From positions 11,899 through 75,898 of the forward strand of contig JBBSML010000004.1 in assembly GCA_038233215.1 (NCBI GenBank): a stretch of DNA of 64,000 nucleotides, given 5' to 3'. How positions within the stretch are numbered: the stretch's first letter is position 1; every line of letters begins with the position of its first letter. Source of the stretch: Candidatus Limnocylindria bacterium. GTDB taxonomy: Bacteria > Chloroflexota > Limnocylindria > QHBO01. The translations under genes were made by a program, and so were the position numbers. Shown piece by piece: positions 53,462-62,322 of this stretch. The notes beneath the pieces were generated by a model. That model was given only the letters and a program-made list of their open reading frames with translations. It was not told the DNA's origin and did no database searches.

Positions 53462-53797
53462 TTGTTGACCTACCAGGACAAGACGCTGACCTGCGTCGAC
53501 TGCGGAATGGAGTTCTCGTTCACCGCGAGCGACCAGCAGTTCTACGCTGACCGCCAGTTCAGCGAGCCGCGCCGATGCCCGGCCTGTCGCGCAGCCAAGA
53601 AGGCCGCACGCGGCGAGAGCACCGGTGGCTACGGCGGTGGCGGTGGCGGTGGGGGCTACGGCGGTGGCGGTGGCTACAGCGACCGGCCGCGCGAGATGTT
53701 CAGCGCCACCTGCGACGGCTGTGGCAAGGAAGCCCGCGTTCCGTTCCGTCCCACCGGCACCAAGCCGGTCTACTGCAGTGACTGCTTCCGCCGCTAG
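53462..53797 (+). CDS. Zinc-ribbon protein with CxxC-x17-CxxC domain and Gly-rich linker
   Basis: DKTLTCVDCG..F.FTASDQQFY...PRRCPACR; REMF.ATCDGCG...VPFRP....PVYCSDCF. Confidence 0.93.
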   Translation: MLTYQDKTLTCVDCGMEFSFTASDQQFYADRQFSEPRRCPACRAAKKAARGESTGGYGGGGGGGGYGGGGGYSDRPREMFSATCDGCGKEARVPFRPTGTKPVYCSDCFRR

Positions 53798-53818
53798 GCG
53801 CCAGCAGGACACCAATAA

Positions 53819-53848
53819 ACGACCCGGCGGGTTTCCCCGCCGGGTCGT
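53819..53848. terminator. Likely bidirectional intrinsic terminator
   Basis: ACGACCCGGCGGG-TTTC-CCCGCCGGGTCGT perfect 13-bp stem between convergent genes; AATAAA on the left gives a U-tract on the minus strand. Confidence 0.8.
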
Positions 53849-53872
53849 GTGGTATTTGGGCCCCACTGTCGA

Positions 53873-54250
53873 CTACGGTTCGTCTGGCCGCCACGGCTTC
53901 GCCCAAGGGTATTTCTGGCTCGCGACCTCCAGTGCCTTCAGCATCTCGGCTCGTGCATCGGCGAGTGCCTGGGCCGTCCGAGCCGCCTCTGACGGATCCG
54001 TGTCGCTGCGCTCTGACTCGACACGAAGCCCCTCGGTCAAGCGCCGGTATGCCTGGATGGCGTCATTTGCCGTTCGCGTGATCTGACTCGTCGTCTGGCG
54101 CAGGAGCCGCAATTGCTCCTCGGGCCGAGCCTCACGCAACAGCTCACGGTCGAGCGTGGCGCTCAGTTCCTCGATGCGGGTCGTGGCATGGCGGATGGCG
54201 CGCAGGTCGCCCGAGCTGCGGCGGGAGAGTCTCGTCGTGGATCTGATCAA
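53873..54250 (-). CDS. Hypothetical alpha-helical protein; start uncertain
   Basis: Open frame with helical heptad character; TACCCT 6 nt before TTG 54250. Confidence 0.6.
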   Translation of the reverse strand: MIRSTTRLSRRSSGDLRAIRHATTRIEELSATLDRELLREARPEEQLRLLRQTTSQITRTANDAIQAYRRLTEGLRVESERSDTDPSEAARTAQALADARAEMLKALEVASQKYPWAKPWRPDEP

Positions 54251-54274
54251 GGAGTCAGGGTACACCACACGCGC

Positions 54275-55064
54275 TCAATGGCTGGAGCGGTACACCAGGC
54301 CGATCCCTTCCGGATCACAACAGGGTCAGGAGTTCGCCATCGATGGTGGGGATGAACCCATCGCCGATGACGCTCACAACGTGGCTGTCCTGGTCGCTCA
54401 ATTCCGGCGGGCATGCCGTCTCGTTCATCCCCCAGCTCGGCGCCTGAATCTGGTCTCCCTGCTCCATCCAGTTCCCCGAAAAGGTACGGCAGCCGGTCGA
54501 GCCGGTGAACGTTCCGTCTTCATGCAGCTCGAGCGTCGCCGGCTCGCCCATCGGCCGCGATGCGACATCACCGTCGACCAGCGTGTCGAGCACCCATCTG
54601 GTGTTCACGAGGTCGGATGTCGGCGGCGCAGTCAGCGCTGCGAATCGCAGGTCGACCCCGTCCCCCCGCGCCACCAGCTCCTCTCCGTCGCGCGTGATCT
54701 GGCGGACCCGTGCCATCGCTCCGAGGTACGCGGCTTCCGCGGTCATGGCTGGATCCTCGCAGGCCATGTCGGTCTGACCAAGGTTCTCCAGGCGCAGGCC
54801 GTCGCCGCCCATTCTGATCTCGCCCCCATAGCTGTTGCACGCGGCCGTGCCCGCGATCCGGCTCCCCGAGATCGTCAACGTGATGCGATGGTTGTCTAGG
54901 ATTGGAGCATCCTGTCCATCGATTGAGCCGCCGGTCAGCACCCAGTCGCCGACCACCAGTCCATCGGACGCACGCGGGTCAGTGGGGTCAGTCGGCGCCT
55001 GGCCCGCGCCGCAGGCAGCGAGCAGGGCGGTCAGCAGGAGAACGGGAGTGATGGCTTGTTGCAT
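54275..55064 (-). CDS. Lipoprotein with two META domains; probable frameshift in the last ~15 codons
   Basis: Lipobox LLAAC; GTAACNSY..TDMAC and GSTGCRTF..ETAC repeats; stop at 54315, while DPEGIGLVYRSSH continues in an adjacent frame to 54275. Confidence 0.8.
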
Positions 55065-55126
55065 GCCGCTCCGACGCCAAATGGCCTGCATCGGTTCCCA
55101 TCGCGCCGAGCGCGACGGACCGCCGG

Positions 55127-56488
55127 TCACAACAGCCATCGCTCGAGGAACCGGCCTCTCGTTTCCCCGATCCCTCGACCGCCAATGATCACGTCTCGGA
55201 CGGCTCCCTGGAACTGCATTCCTTCGTACGGTGAGAAGTCGCTCGTGTGGTGCAGGTCCGCCTGTCGCAGGCTGCGACGCGCACCCGGATCCCAGATCAC
55301 CAGGTCGGCGTCGAGACCTGGCGCGATCGCGCCCTTCGACTGCAGCCCGAAGAGGCGTGCCGGGTTGCCGGCCAGCACCTCCACCATGCGATGCACGCCG
55401 ATGCGACCCGCGGCCACGCCCTGCGAGTAGACAACGCTCAACAGCGTTTCGATGCCCGGTGCGCCGTTGCTGATCTCCGGGAAGGCAGGCGCCGGAACGC
55501 GCTTCTCGCGATCAAGGCGGTCGGCGACGTGATCGCTGGCCACCACGTCGAGAATGCCGTCGCGAAGGCCCGCCCACAGGGCCTCGACATCATCTTCCGT
55601 CCGTAACGGCGGCGAGATGACGCGCTTGATGACCTCGCGTTCGTCGGGATCGGCATACAGCACATCGGTGAAGGTCAGGTAATGGGGGCAGGTCTCGGCA
55701 TAGACCGGTTCACCGTGCGCCTTGGCCTCCGCGACGGCATCGAGCGCCTCCTCGCAGCTGAGATGCACGATGTAGAGCGGCGCCTCGGCGCGCCTCGCCA
55801 TCTCGATCGCCTTGCGTGTCGCCACACCCTCCGCGCGTGACGGTCTGGTCAAAGCGTGGTAGCGGCAGGCTGTCTGACCCTTGCTCAGGGCATCGGCGAC
55901 GAGCGGGTCAATGATGGCGGGGTCCTCGCAATGCACCTGGAGCATGCCGCCATGCTGCCCTGCGGTGCGCATGGCTTGATCGAGATCCTCGTCGCACAAC
56001 CGGAAGTCGTACACCATGAAGGCCTTGAAGGTCGGCACCCCGGCCTCGATGAGTGCAGGCAGATCGCCGATGGGATTCGCCTGCTGCCCGCTGATGACCG
56101 CGCAGAGCCCATAGTCGATCGGAGACTGCTCGACCGTTCGCTCCTGGAACTCCGCGAGGCCGCCCAGGAGCGAGCGAGCACCCTCGTCTGAGATGCCGGT
56201 GCCCGGGTTGTTGAAGGTCAGCACGGTGGTCGTGCCACCGTGGGCGGCGGCAAGCGCGTCCTGCCGGAACCGATCCGGATGCTCGGCATCGGGGAGCCGC
56301 AGATGCGTGTGGACGTCGATGACCCCGGGCAGGACGAGCATGCCGGTCGCATCGACGATGCGTGCGCCGCCGGGTGCGAGCTCGGGTCCGATCGCCTCGA
56401 TCCGTCCGTTGGCCACGGCGATGTCAATCTCCCGTATGCCCTCGGGGGTGACGACACTCCCACCGACAATGAGGAGGTCAGCGCTCAG
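55127..56488 (-). CDS. Cyclic amidohydrolase (dihydropyrimidinase/hydantoinase/allantoinase-like)
   Basis: PGVIDVHTH, GGTTT, FKAFM, VHCE, YIVH, ETCPHYL, SPPLR, ASDH; start may be CTG overlapping the upstream stop. Confidence 0.9.
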   Translation of the reverse strand: MSADLLIVGGSVVTPEGIREIDIAVANGRIEAIGPELAPGGARIVDATGMLVLPGVIDVHTHLRLPDAEHPDRFRQDALAAAHGGTTTVLTFNNPGTGISDEGARSLLGGLAEFQERTVEQSPIDYGLCAVISGQQANPIGDLPALIEAGVPTFKAFMVYDFRLCDEDLDQAMRTAGQHGGMLQVHCEDPAIIDPLVADALSKGQTACRYHALTRPSRAEGVATRKAIEMARRAEAPLYIVHLSCEEALDAVAEAKAHGEPVYAETCPHYLTFTDVLYADPDEREVIKRVISPPLRTEDDVEALWAGLRDGILDVVASDHVADRLDREKRVPAPAFPEISNGAPGIETLLSVVYSQGVAAGRIGVHRMVEVLAGNPARLFGLQSKGAIAPGLDADLVIWDPGARRSLRQADLHHTSDFSPYEGMQFQGAVRDVIIGGRGIGETRGRFLERWLL

Positions 56489-56907
56489 GGTGCCTCCTCG
56501 ATCTGGATCTCCTGGGCTCCCTCCCACAGGACGCGGCGGCCGACCGTGCGCAATCGGTCAAGCCAGCCCTCATCGGGGACCAGCGTCGCAAAGTGGTTCC
56601 CCGCCAGCTGGCCGACTCTCGAGTTGAAGCTACAGGCGCCGTAGGGAAACAGGATCTCGCACTCGCTGATGTCACCGATGTAGATGAGCAGGTCGCCCGG
56701 CGCAGGGTGCGACGTGTGGTTCTCCAAGCCGACGTTCGGCCGCTCCTCCCCGAACGGAATCCAGGTCGACTCGCCGCTCCATTTGCAGTGGATCAACTTC
56801 GACCGGATCGGGAGCCATGGCAGCAGCGCCTGGCGCGTCTTTGGTGCGGCCTCCTCCCAGCGCGCGCCGAACCGCATCTCCCCCACCGTGATCGTCAGGT
56901 CTGCCAT
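56485..56907 (-). CDS. DUF3830 family (cyclophilin-like fold) protein
   Basis: APKT, IHCKWSGESTW, ENHTSHPAPGD, GQLAGNHFAT, LWEGAQ. Confidence 0.85.
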   Translation of the reverse strand: MADLTITVGEMRFGARWEEAAPKTRQALLPWLPIRSKLIHCKWSGESTWIPFGEERPNVGLENHTSHPAPGDLLIYIGDISECEILFPYGACSFNSRVGQLAGNHFATLVPDEGWLDRLRTVGRRVLWEGAQEIQIEEAP

Positions 56908-57005
56908 CTGCGGAGGATACGCCGAGCGGGACCGATCAGTGGGGCCAACCGTCGCGGCGCGGCACGAATATCGGGCATGATGCAGCGACAGTTACAGAGG
57001 CTTTC

Positions 57006-57353
57006 ATGGCCGACGCGCGCGCAACGATCAGCACACACGTCCTTGACCTGGTGAGAGGCAGCCCTGCGTCCGGCGTCGGCGTCGCTCTTTTCCGCATGGC
57101 CGATGGCGACGCACCCGAGCTCGTCTCGGATCTCCTGACCGATGAGGACGGTCGCATCGGCGACCTGCTCGACGGCTCGGACCTTTCCGCAGGTGATTAC
57201 CAGCTTGCCTTCGACATCGGCGCATATGCGGACGACCCGGACGCGTTCTTCCAGAGCGCCGCGCTCGCTTTGCACATCACCGACGCGTCGCGCTCGTACC
57301 ACGTCCCGCTCCTGCTCAGCCCCTTCGGGATGAGCACCTACCGCGGCAGCTGA
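57006..57353 (+). CDS. uraH: 5-hydroxyisourate hydrolase (transthyretin-like)
   Basis: ISTHVLD, TDEDGR, YHVPLLLSP, C-terminal YRGS. Confidence 0.95.
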   Translation: MADARATISTHVLDLVRGSPASGVGVALFRMADGDAPELVSDLLTDEDGRIGDLLDGSDLSAGDYQLAFDIGAYADDPDAFFQSAALALHITDASRSYHVPLLLSPFGMSTYRGS

Positions 57354-57355
57354 AC

Positions 57356-58303
57356 ATGGCGGAGGTCCCGTCGGTCGAGGATCTCAATGCGCTCGACGCG
57401 GCTGGATTCGCAGGCGTCGTCGGGCCACTGTTCGAGCGTGCGCCGACATTCGTCACGCGGCTCGGGGAAGCGCGGCCGTTCGAGTCACACGACGACCTCT
57501 TCGACGCGGCCCGCGTGATCGCCCGCGAAATCCCGGAGGCGGGCCAAATCGAGCTGCTCGACGCGCACCCGCGCATCGGCGCGGACCCGACACTCGTCTC
57601 GGACCTCTCGCTCGGTGAGCAGGGCGATGGTCATGTCAGCCAAGCCTGGGTCGGCGAAGAGCTCATCGCGCTGAACGGGGCCTACGAGTCCAGGTTTGGA
57701 TTCCGTTTCGTCGTATTCGTGGCCGGCCGGCCACGCGTCGATATCATCCCCCTGCTCGAACGGTCGCTTCGCGCCGATCGTGACGAGGAGCTCCGCCGCG
57801 CGCTGGACGACATCGTCCTGATCGCGCGCGATCGGATGGCGACACTGCGGGGTCCACGCCCCTTGCCCGAGGAGCTGCGCGAGGTACTTGCGCTCGAGAC
57901 ATCGCGCTGGATGATTGGCGAATCGGACCGCGACGGGTTGATCCGAGCGGCGCAGCGGCTCATCGAGGAAGGTGTTGAATCGCGACCCCTGTTGACGCTC
58001 TCCCTGGCAAACCAGACGGAGGAATCCGATCTCGCCCCGATCGTCGCCCGACTAATGAGCGAAATCGGCCTGGAGGAGTGGGATGCGGCGCAGGCTGGGC
58101 AATTGCTGGCGCTCCATGCAGCGGCCTCCATCGTCGGCGGCGTGCGCCAGCCGATCGACGGCGCGCGTCGCATCGCGTCCGTTTCTGATAGTCCCGAGTT
58201 TCGCGAGCTGGTCCGGCGCTGGGACCTTGACGTCGACGCCCGGGGCGGCCTGGATGTCGAGATTCGCACCGCAGCGGTCGAACTCTTCGGCGAGGAGCAG
58301 TGA
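57356..58303 (+). CDS. uraD: OHCU decarboxylase with ~150-aa unknown C-terminal extension
   Basis: LFERAP, AHPRIG, EQ, LN.AYESRFGFRFVVFV, IARDR. Confidence 0.85.
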   Translation: MAEVPSVEDLNALDAAGFAGVVGPLFERAPTFVTRLGEARPFESHDDLFDAARVIAREIPEAGQIELLDAHPRIGADPTLVSDLSLGEQGDGHVSQAWVGEELIALNGAYESRFGFRFVVFVAGRPRVDIIPLLERSLRADRDEELRRALDDIVLIARDRMATLRGPRPLPEELREVLALETSRWMIGESDRDGLIRAAQRLIEEGVESRPLLTLSLANQTEESDLAPIVARLMSEIGLEEWDAAQAGQLLALHAAASIVGGVRQPIDGARRIASVSDSPEFRELVRRWDLDVDARGGLDVEIRTAAVELFGEEQ

Positions 58304-59232
58304 TGGGAATGAAACACGAGATCCGCTACGGCAAGGCGGACGTCAAGGTCTACCGAACGCATGCCGAGCCGTTGACCGGCATCACTCCGATCCCCGAATC
58401 ACCGTTCGCCGGCCGCGACAACACGCTGGCCGCGGCCCAGATCGAAGTGGTGGTGCGCGGCGAGGTCTTCCTGGACGCGTACACGACGGGCGATAACCGC
58501 CTGGTGGTGGCCACGGACACCATGAAGAACTTCATCCACGCCGTTTCGTTGCGCGCCCGCGCCCGCACGCTCGAGGAATGGCTGATTGAGGTGGGTACCG
58601 CGTTTCTCGACACGTATCCGCACATGGAGCGGCTGACCATGCTCGGTCGCGACCTGCCTTTCCCGGCCGCGTTCATTCCCGGGAGCGACGGCTTCGATAC
58701 CTCCGATCGGCTCTTCAGCCGTGACCGAGGCGACTTCGGCAGCGCACGGCTCGAGCTCGAGCGCACGGTCGAGGGCTCCGTCGTCGTCACGGATCACGAG
58801 TCGGGGCGGCGCGAGCTCCAGCTCATCAAGGTCACCGGGTCCTCATTCGCTGACTTCGCGCGCGATGAGCACACGACCCTCCCCGAGCGTCCCGACCGTC
58901 CGCTCTATATCTGGTGCGATATCGGCTGGCGCTACACCGATGCGTCGCATGCCGTGCTGGCCGATCCCGCTCGCTACGTCGCCGCCGAACAGGTAGCCGA
59001 CTTGGCGAGCGCCGTGTTCCACGAGTTCGTCAGCCTCTCCATTCAGCACCTGGTCAATGAGATCGGGCTCCGCATGCTCGACCGATGGCCGCAGCTCGCC
59101 GAAGTCAGCTTTGACGCGCAGAACCGCCTCTGGGACCTTGTTGCGGAGTCGAGCGACGATCCCCGGGTGAAGACCTACTCCGATCCACGGCCGCCGTTCG
59201 GAAACATCGGGCTTGTCCTCCGGCGCGAGTGA
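58303..59232 (+). CDS. pucL: Factor-independent urate oxidase (uricase, PucL-type)
   Basis: YGKADV, VATDTMKNF, GSSF..F.RDEHTTLPE..DRPL, SLSIQHL, QNR. Confidence 0.92.
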   Translation: MGMKHEIRYGKADVKVYRTHAEPLTGITPIPESPFAGRDNTLAAAQIEVVVRGEVFLDAYTTGDNRLVVATDTMKNFIHAVSLRARARTLEEWLIEVGTAFLDTYPHMERLTMLGRDLPFPAAFIPGSDGFDTSDRLFSRDRGDFGSARLELERTVEGSVVVTDHESGRRELQLIKVTGSSFADFARDEHTTLPERPDRPLYIWCDIGWRYTDASHAVLADPARYVAAEQVADLASAVFHEFVSLSIQHLVNEIGLRMLDRWPQLAEVSFDAQNRLWDLVAESSDDPRVKTYSDPRPPFGNIGLVLRRE

Positions 59233-59299
59233 GCGCCGTCGCCAGAATGCGTGGCCGCTCAGCGTAACGGCCTCGTCGGAACGAGCCCGTCGGATGCGA

Positions 59300-59746
59300 T
59301 CAGGAACGTCGGGAGCCGATCATGGTCGGATGGTCGATCGCCGGGCAGCGGTCCATGACAACCTCGAGCCCGGCATTCGCCGCCAGCAGCGCAGCCTCTT
59401 CGTTCCAGACTTCGAGCTGCATCCATACCGCTCGGGCACCGATGGCGATGGCCTCCTCGACGTGGGGCAGGACGAGCTCGGAACGGCGGAAGATATCGAC
59501 TACCTCGATCGGTGCGCGCGGATCCGTGGGCACCGAAGCGAGATCCGGGTAGGCCAGCTCTCCGTGGATCACCGACTCGTTGGGGTTGATGGGAACGACG
59601 CCATAGCCCTGGCTGAGCAGGTAACGCGAGACGCCATGTGAGGCGCGCCACGGATGCGACGAGCACCCCACCACCGCCCAGACGCGATACGTGCGGAGGA
59701 TGTGCTCAGCGACGGTCGGGTCGCTCCAGTCGCGCGGCGTCGTCAT
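59300..59746 (-). CDS. CoA-binding protein (YccU-like)
   Basis: WAVVGCS, YL...GY.VVPINP, VDIFRRS, VWMQL, VMDRCP. Confidence 0.9.
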   Translation of the reverse strand: MTTPRDWSDPTVAEHILRTYRVWAVVGCSSHPWRASHGVSRYLLSQGYGVVPINPNESVIHGELAYPDLASVPTDPRAPIEVVDIFRRSELVLPHVEEAIAIGARAVWMQLEVWNEEAALLAANAGLEVVMDRCPAIDHPTMIGSRRS

Positions 59747-60318
59747 CGCGAGCGGGCAAGCTCCTGGAGGGCTGCTTTGATGCGCACGTCGAGCTCCTCC
59801 GCGGTCCCAGCCACCGCGCCGGCAGCACGCCTGGCCTCGGACGCCGAGTAGCCGAGCGACTCGAGCGCGGCGACGACGTCCGAATCGGTCGAGCTCGCAC
59901 CACCCCCGGCGATGCCGGCCGCATGCACCTTCTCCTTGAGCTCCAGGATGATGCGCTGCGCAGTCTTGCGCCCGACCCCCGAGACGGCCGTGAAGGTGTC
60001 CGGTTCATCGGTCACAATCGCGAGCTGGAGCTTGGTCACCGCGTGGGCCGCCGTGATGGCAAGTGCCAGGCGCGGACCGACCCCGGCGACCGTCATGAGC
60101 AACTCGAAGAACGTCAGTTCCTCCGTGGTGGCAAAGCCGAACAGCGCCTCCTGATCCTCGCGAACGAGATGATGGGTGAAGACCGATGCTTCCCGACCGA
60201 TCCGCAGCTTCGCCAGCAGCGCCGGTCCTGCCATGATCCGGTAGCCGATACCGACCACCTCCACGAGGGCGTAGTCCTGCCCGACATGCGTCACCGGTCC
60301 GCGGACCGATCCGATCAT
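59743..60318 (-). CDS. ruvA: Holliday junction branch migration protein RuvA
   Basis: MIGSVRG, VREDQEALFGF, GVGPRLA, GVGRKTAQRIILELK, ALESLGY. Confidence 0.96.
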   Translation of the reverse strand: MIGSVRGPVTHVGQDYALVEVVGIGYRIMAGPALLAKLRIGREASVFTHHLVREDQEALFGFATTEELTFFELLMTVAGVGPRLALAITAAHAVTKLQLAIVTDEPDTFTAVSGVGRKTAQRIILELKEKVHAAGIAGGGASSTDSDVVAALESLGYSASEARRAAGAVAGTAEELDVRIKAALQELARSR

Positions 60319-60809
60319 CTGGTCACCACTTTCGGCTCGGACGCTGCACGGTAGGCACACCCGATGGCGATCGCCAGCGCGTCGGTGGCATCATCGGGCA
60401 CGCCGACGAGGCTGACGCGGAGGAGGCGCTGGACCATGGACGCCACCTGCGCCTTGTCGGCCGAGCCATTTCCACAGATCGTCTGCTTCACCTCGTTGGG
60501 CGTGGGCTCATCGATCGGCACATTCGATTCCGCCGCAGCGAGGAGGGCGACGCCTCGCGCCTGGCCGACCGTCATCGCCGTCTGCACGTTGCGCTGGAAG
60601 AAGAGGCGTTCGATTCCGATGCGCTGCGGCCGATGCTCCCCGATGAGTGCCCGCAGTGCCCCGTGGAGCTGGCGAAGGCGCTCCGCGTCCGTGTCCACGG
60701 CCGGGGTGCGGATGCACCCGGCATCCACCATACGGACCTCCCCATCACGAAGCTCGACCACGCCATAGCCGCAGGTGGCGGTGCCTGGGTCGATACCGAG
60801 CGTGATCAC
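60315..60809 (-). CDS. ruvC: Crossover junction endodeoxyribonuclease RuvC
   Basis: LGIDPG, IERLFF, GQARG, TP.EVK, G.ADKAQV, DDATDALAIA. Confidence 0.96.
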   Translation of the reverse strand: MITLGIDPGTATCGYGVVELRDGEVRMVDAGCIRTPAVDTDAERLRQLHGALRALIGEHRPQRIGIERLFFQRNVQTAMTVGQARGVALLAAAESNVPIDEPTPNEVKQTICGNGSADKAQVASMVQRLLRVSLVGVPDDATDALAIAIGCAYRAASEPKVVTR

Positions 60810-60850
60810 GTTGGCATGGTAGGGAATTTGGCCGAGAGGCGTCCAGATGC

Positions 60851-60908
60851 TTGACAGTCGATCGACAATAGTCGTACGATGTACCCGTGCGTTCGAGATT
60901 CTTCGAAC
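60851..60908 (+). promoter_or_regulatory. Sigma70-type promoter with tandem TCGA-N6-TCG operators
   Basis: TTGACA-18nt-TACGAT; GTTCGA-GATTCT-TCGAAC palindrome just downstream; related GATCGA-CAATAG-TCGTAC in the spacer. Confidence 0.65.
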
Positions 60909-60943
60909 CAATCGCAATACGGTCGAAGGAACGGTCCTCCACA

Positions 60944-61153
60944 ATGATGCTCCCACCGAACCCTGGCGTCCTCGATTCCCTCATTCGGGAACGCCAGAGC
61001 AGCCTCAGAACGCTGCCTGCCCGACGATCGGCTCATGCCCGCGTCGCCTGGCGAATTCGCATTGGCCATGCCCTGATCATGGCCGGTAGCTCGCTGAGCG
61101 GCGAGCGGGTCGAACAGCCCGCTCGCCATCAGCCCCTCTCCCGCGCCGCCTGA
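60944..61153 (+). CDS. Small hypothetical protein (69 aa)
   Basis: AAGGA upstream; lies between the promoter and the ArsR gene; RIRIGHALIMAG amphipathic segment. Confidence 0.55.
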   Translation: MMLPPNPGVLDSLIRERQSSLRTLPARRSAHARVAWRIRIGHALIMAGSSLSGERVEQPARHQPLSRAA

Positions 61154-61185
61154 TTCGCACACTGGCACGCTGAGAGGGAGAAGCC

Positions 61186-62319
61186 GTGGCACCGACCCGC
61201 CGTCCCGGCACGCCGCCGGGAGTAACGATCGAGGTCTCGCCGGCCTACGAGCTTCTCGAGTCGCTCGTGACCGCGTTCAGCGAAGATGAGTCAGGCACGT
61301 ACGAAATCGGAAGCGGTTGGATCGGGAACGCGCGTCAGCGGGCCGGCGACGACCTTCTCGCTCGCATCGCCGCCGTCTCGCTGGGTGACCCCGATACGTT
61401 CATTCATCTTGCCGGGATCGCGTACGACACACCCGCGCCGCGCGATATCCCCTCCTTCCTGAAGCATCTGCGCCAAACCGACGCGGACGAGATCCGGCTG
61501 CACCTGGTGCAGTTCTACGCTCGCGACATCAGACGCATGACCCCAGCCGCCGTGATCCGTGCTGCCATCGGCGGCGACGCGGCGGCGAAGACGGAGTTCC
61601 TGCGCACCTCGCATCCGGATTGGGAGCCGTGGAGCGACTATTTGCGGGGCATCCTGGACACGGATGGTATCGCCTTCAAGGCAGAGCTGGTAGGTGTCCT
61701 CGAGCAGTGGGCCGAGCGAGTCATCCTGCCCGAGCTGCCGACCATCATGCCGATCCTGGAGCGCGACGCAGAAAGCAAGCGCGATCTTGCACGCGATCTC
61801 GCCGTTGACCGATTCGTCACCGTCGCGACGAACGGCGTTGAATTCGCTCCGCGGCCCGGCATCGACCGCGTGGTCATGGTTCCCAGCTTTGTAAACCGGC
61901 CGCTCGTTTCGTACCTGGAATTCGGCGAGGTGCTCCTGATCATCTATCCCGTGGCGGATGAAAGCATCCTCGCGGATTCGGACACACCCCCGCCGCGACT
62001 GGTGAGGCTTTCAAAGGCGCTGGGTGATGAGAAGCGGCTTCGGATCCTGCGAATGCTCGCTGACGGCGAGAAGACCCTCATGGAGCTGGCTGAGACGTTC
62101 GGCGTCGCGAAGACGACCATGCATCATCATCTGATCATCCTCCGATCGGCCGGGCTCATCTCGGTTGGCGTCGGTTCCAAACGCTATCGTCTCCGCCACG
62201 AGACCGTGCCGGACGTCGGCGCATTGCTGAGTGGGTACCTCGGCGCCGCGACTGAGTCTCCGGTGGCGTCGAGGACGCGCGACGGCCGCCGCAAAGGCTC
62301 GACCGAAGCCGCGAGCTGA
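61186..62319 (+). CDS. Large ArsR/SmtB-family regulator (N-terminal sensor domain, C-terminal wHTH)
   Basis: KALGDEKRLRILRML...TLMELAE..GVAKTTMHHHL..LRSAGLI. Confidence 0.88.
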   Translation: MAPTRRPGTPPGVTIEVSPAYELLESLVTAFSEDESGTYEIGSGWIGNARQRAGDDLLARIAAVSLGDPDTFIHLAGIAYDTPAPRDIPSFLKHLRQTDADEIRLHLVQFYARDIRRMTPAAVIRAAIGGDAAAKTEFLRTSHPDWEPWSDYLRGILDTDGIAFKAELVGVLEQWAERVILPELPTIMPILERDAESKRDLARDLAVDRFVTVATNGVEFAPRPGIDRVVMVPSFVNRPLVSYLEFGEVLLIIYPVADESILADSDTPPPRLVRLSKALGDEKRLRILRMLADGEKTLMELAETFGVAKTTMHHHLIILRSAGLISVGVGSKRYRLRHETVPDVGALLSGYLGAATESPVASRTRDGRRKGSTEAAS

Positions 62320-62322
62320 CGC

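Noticed and set aside
53625-53680. GGCGGT/GGCTAC tandem repeats
   Set aside because: Simply encode the Gly-Tyr linker of the zinc-ribbon protein
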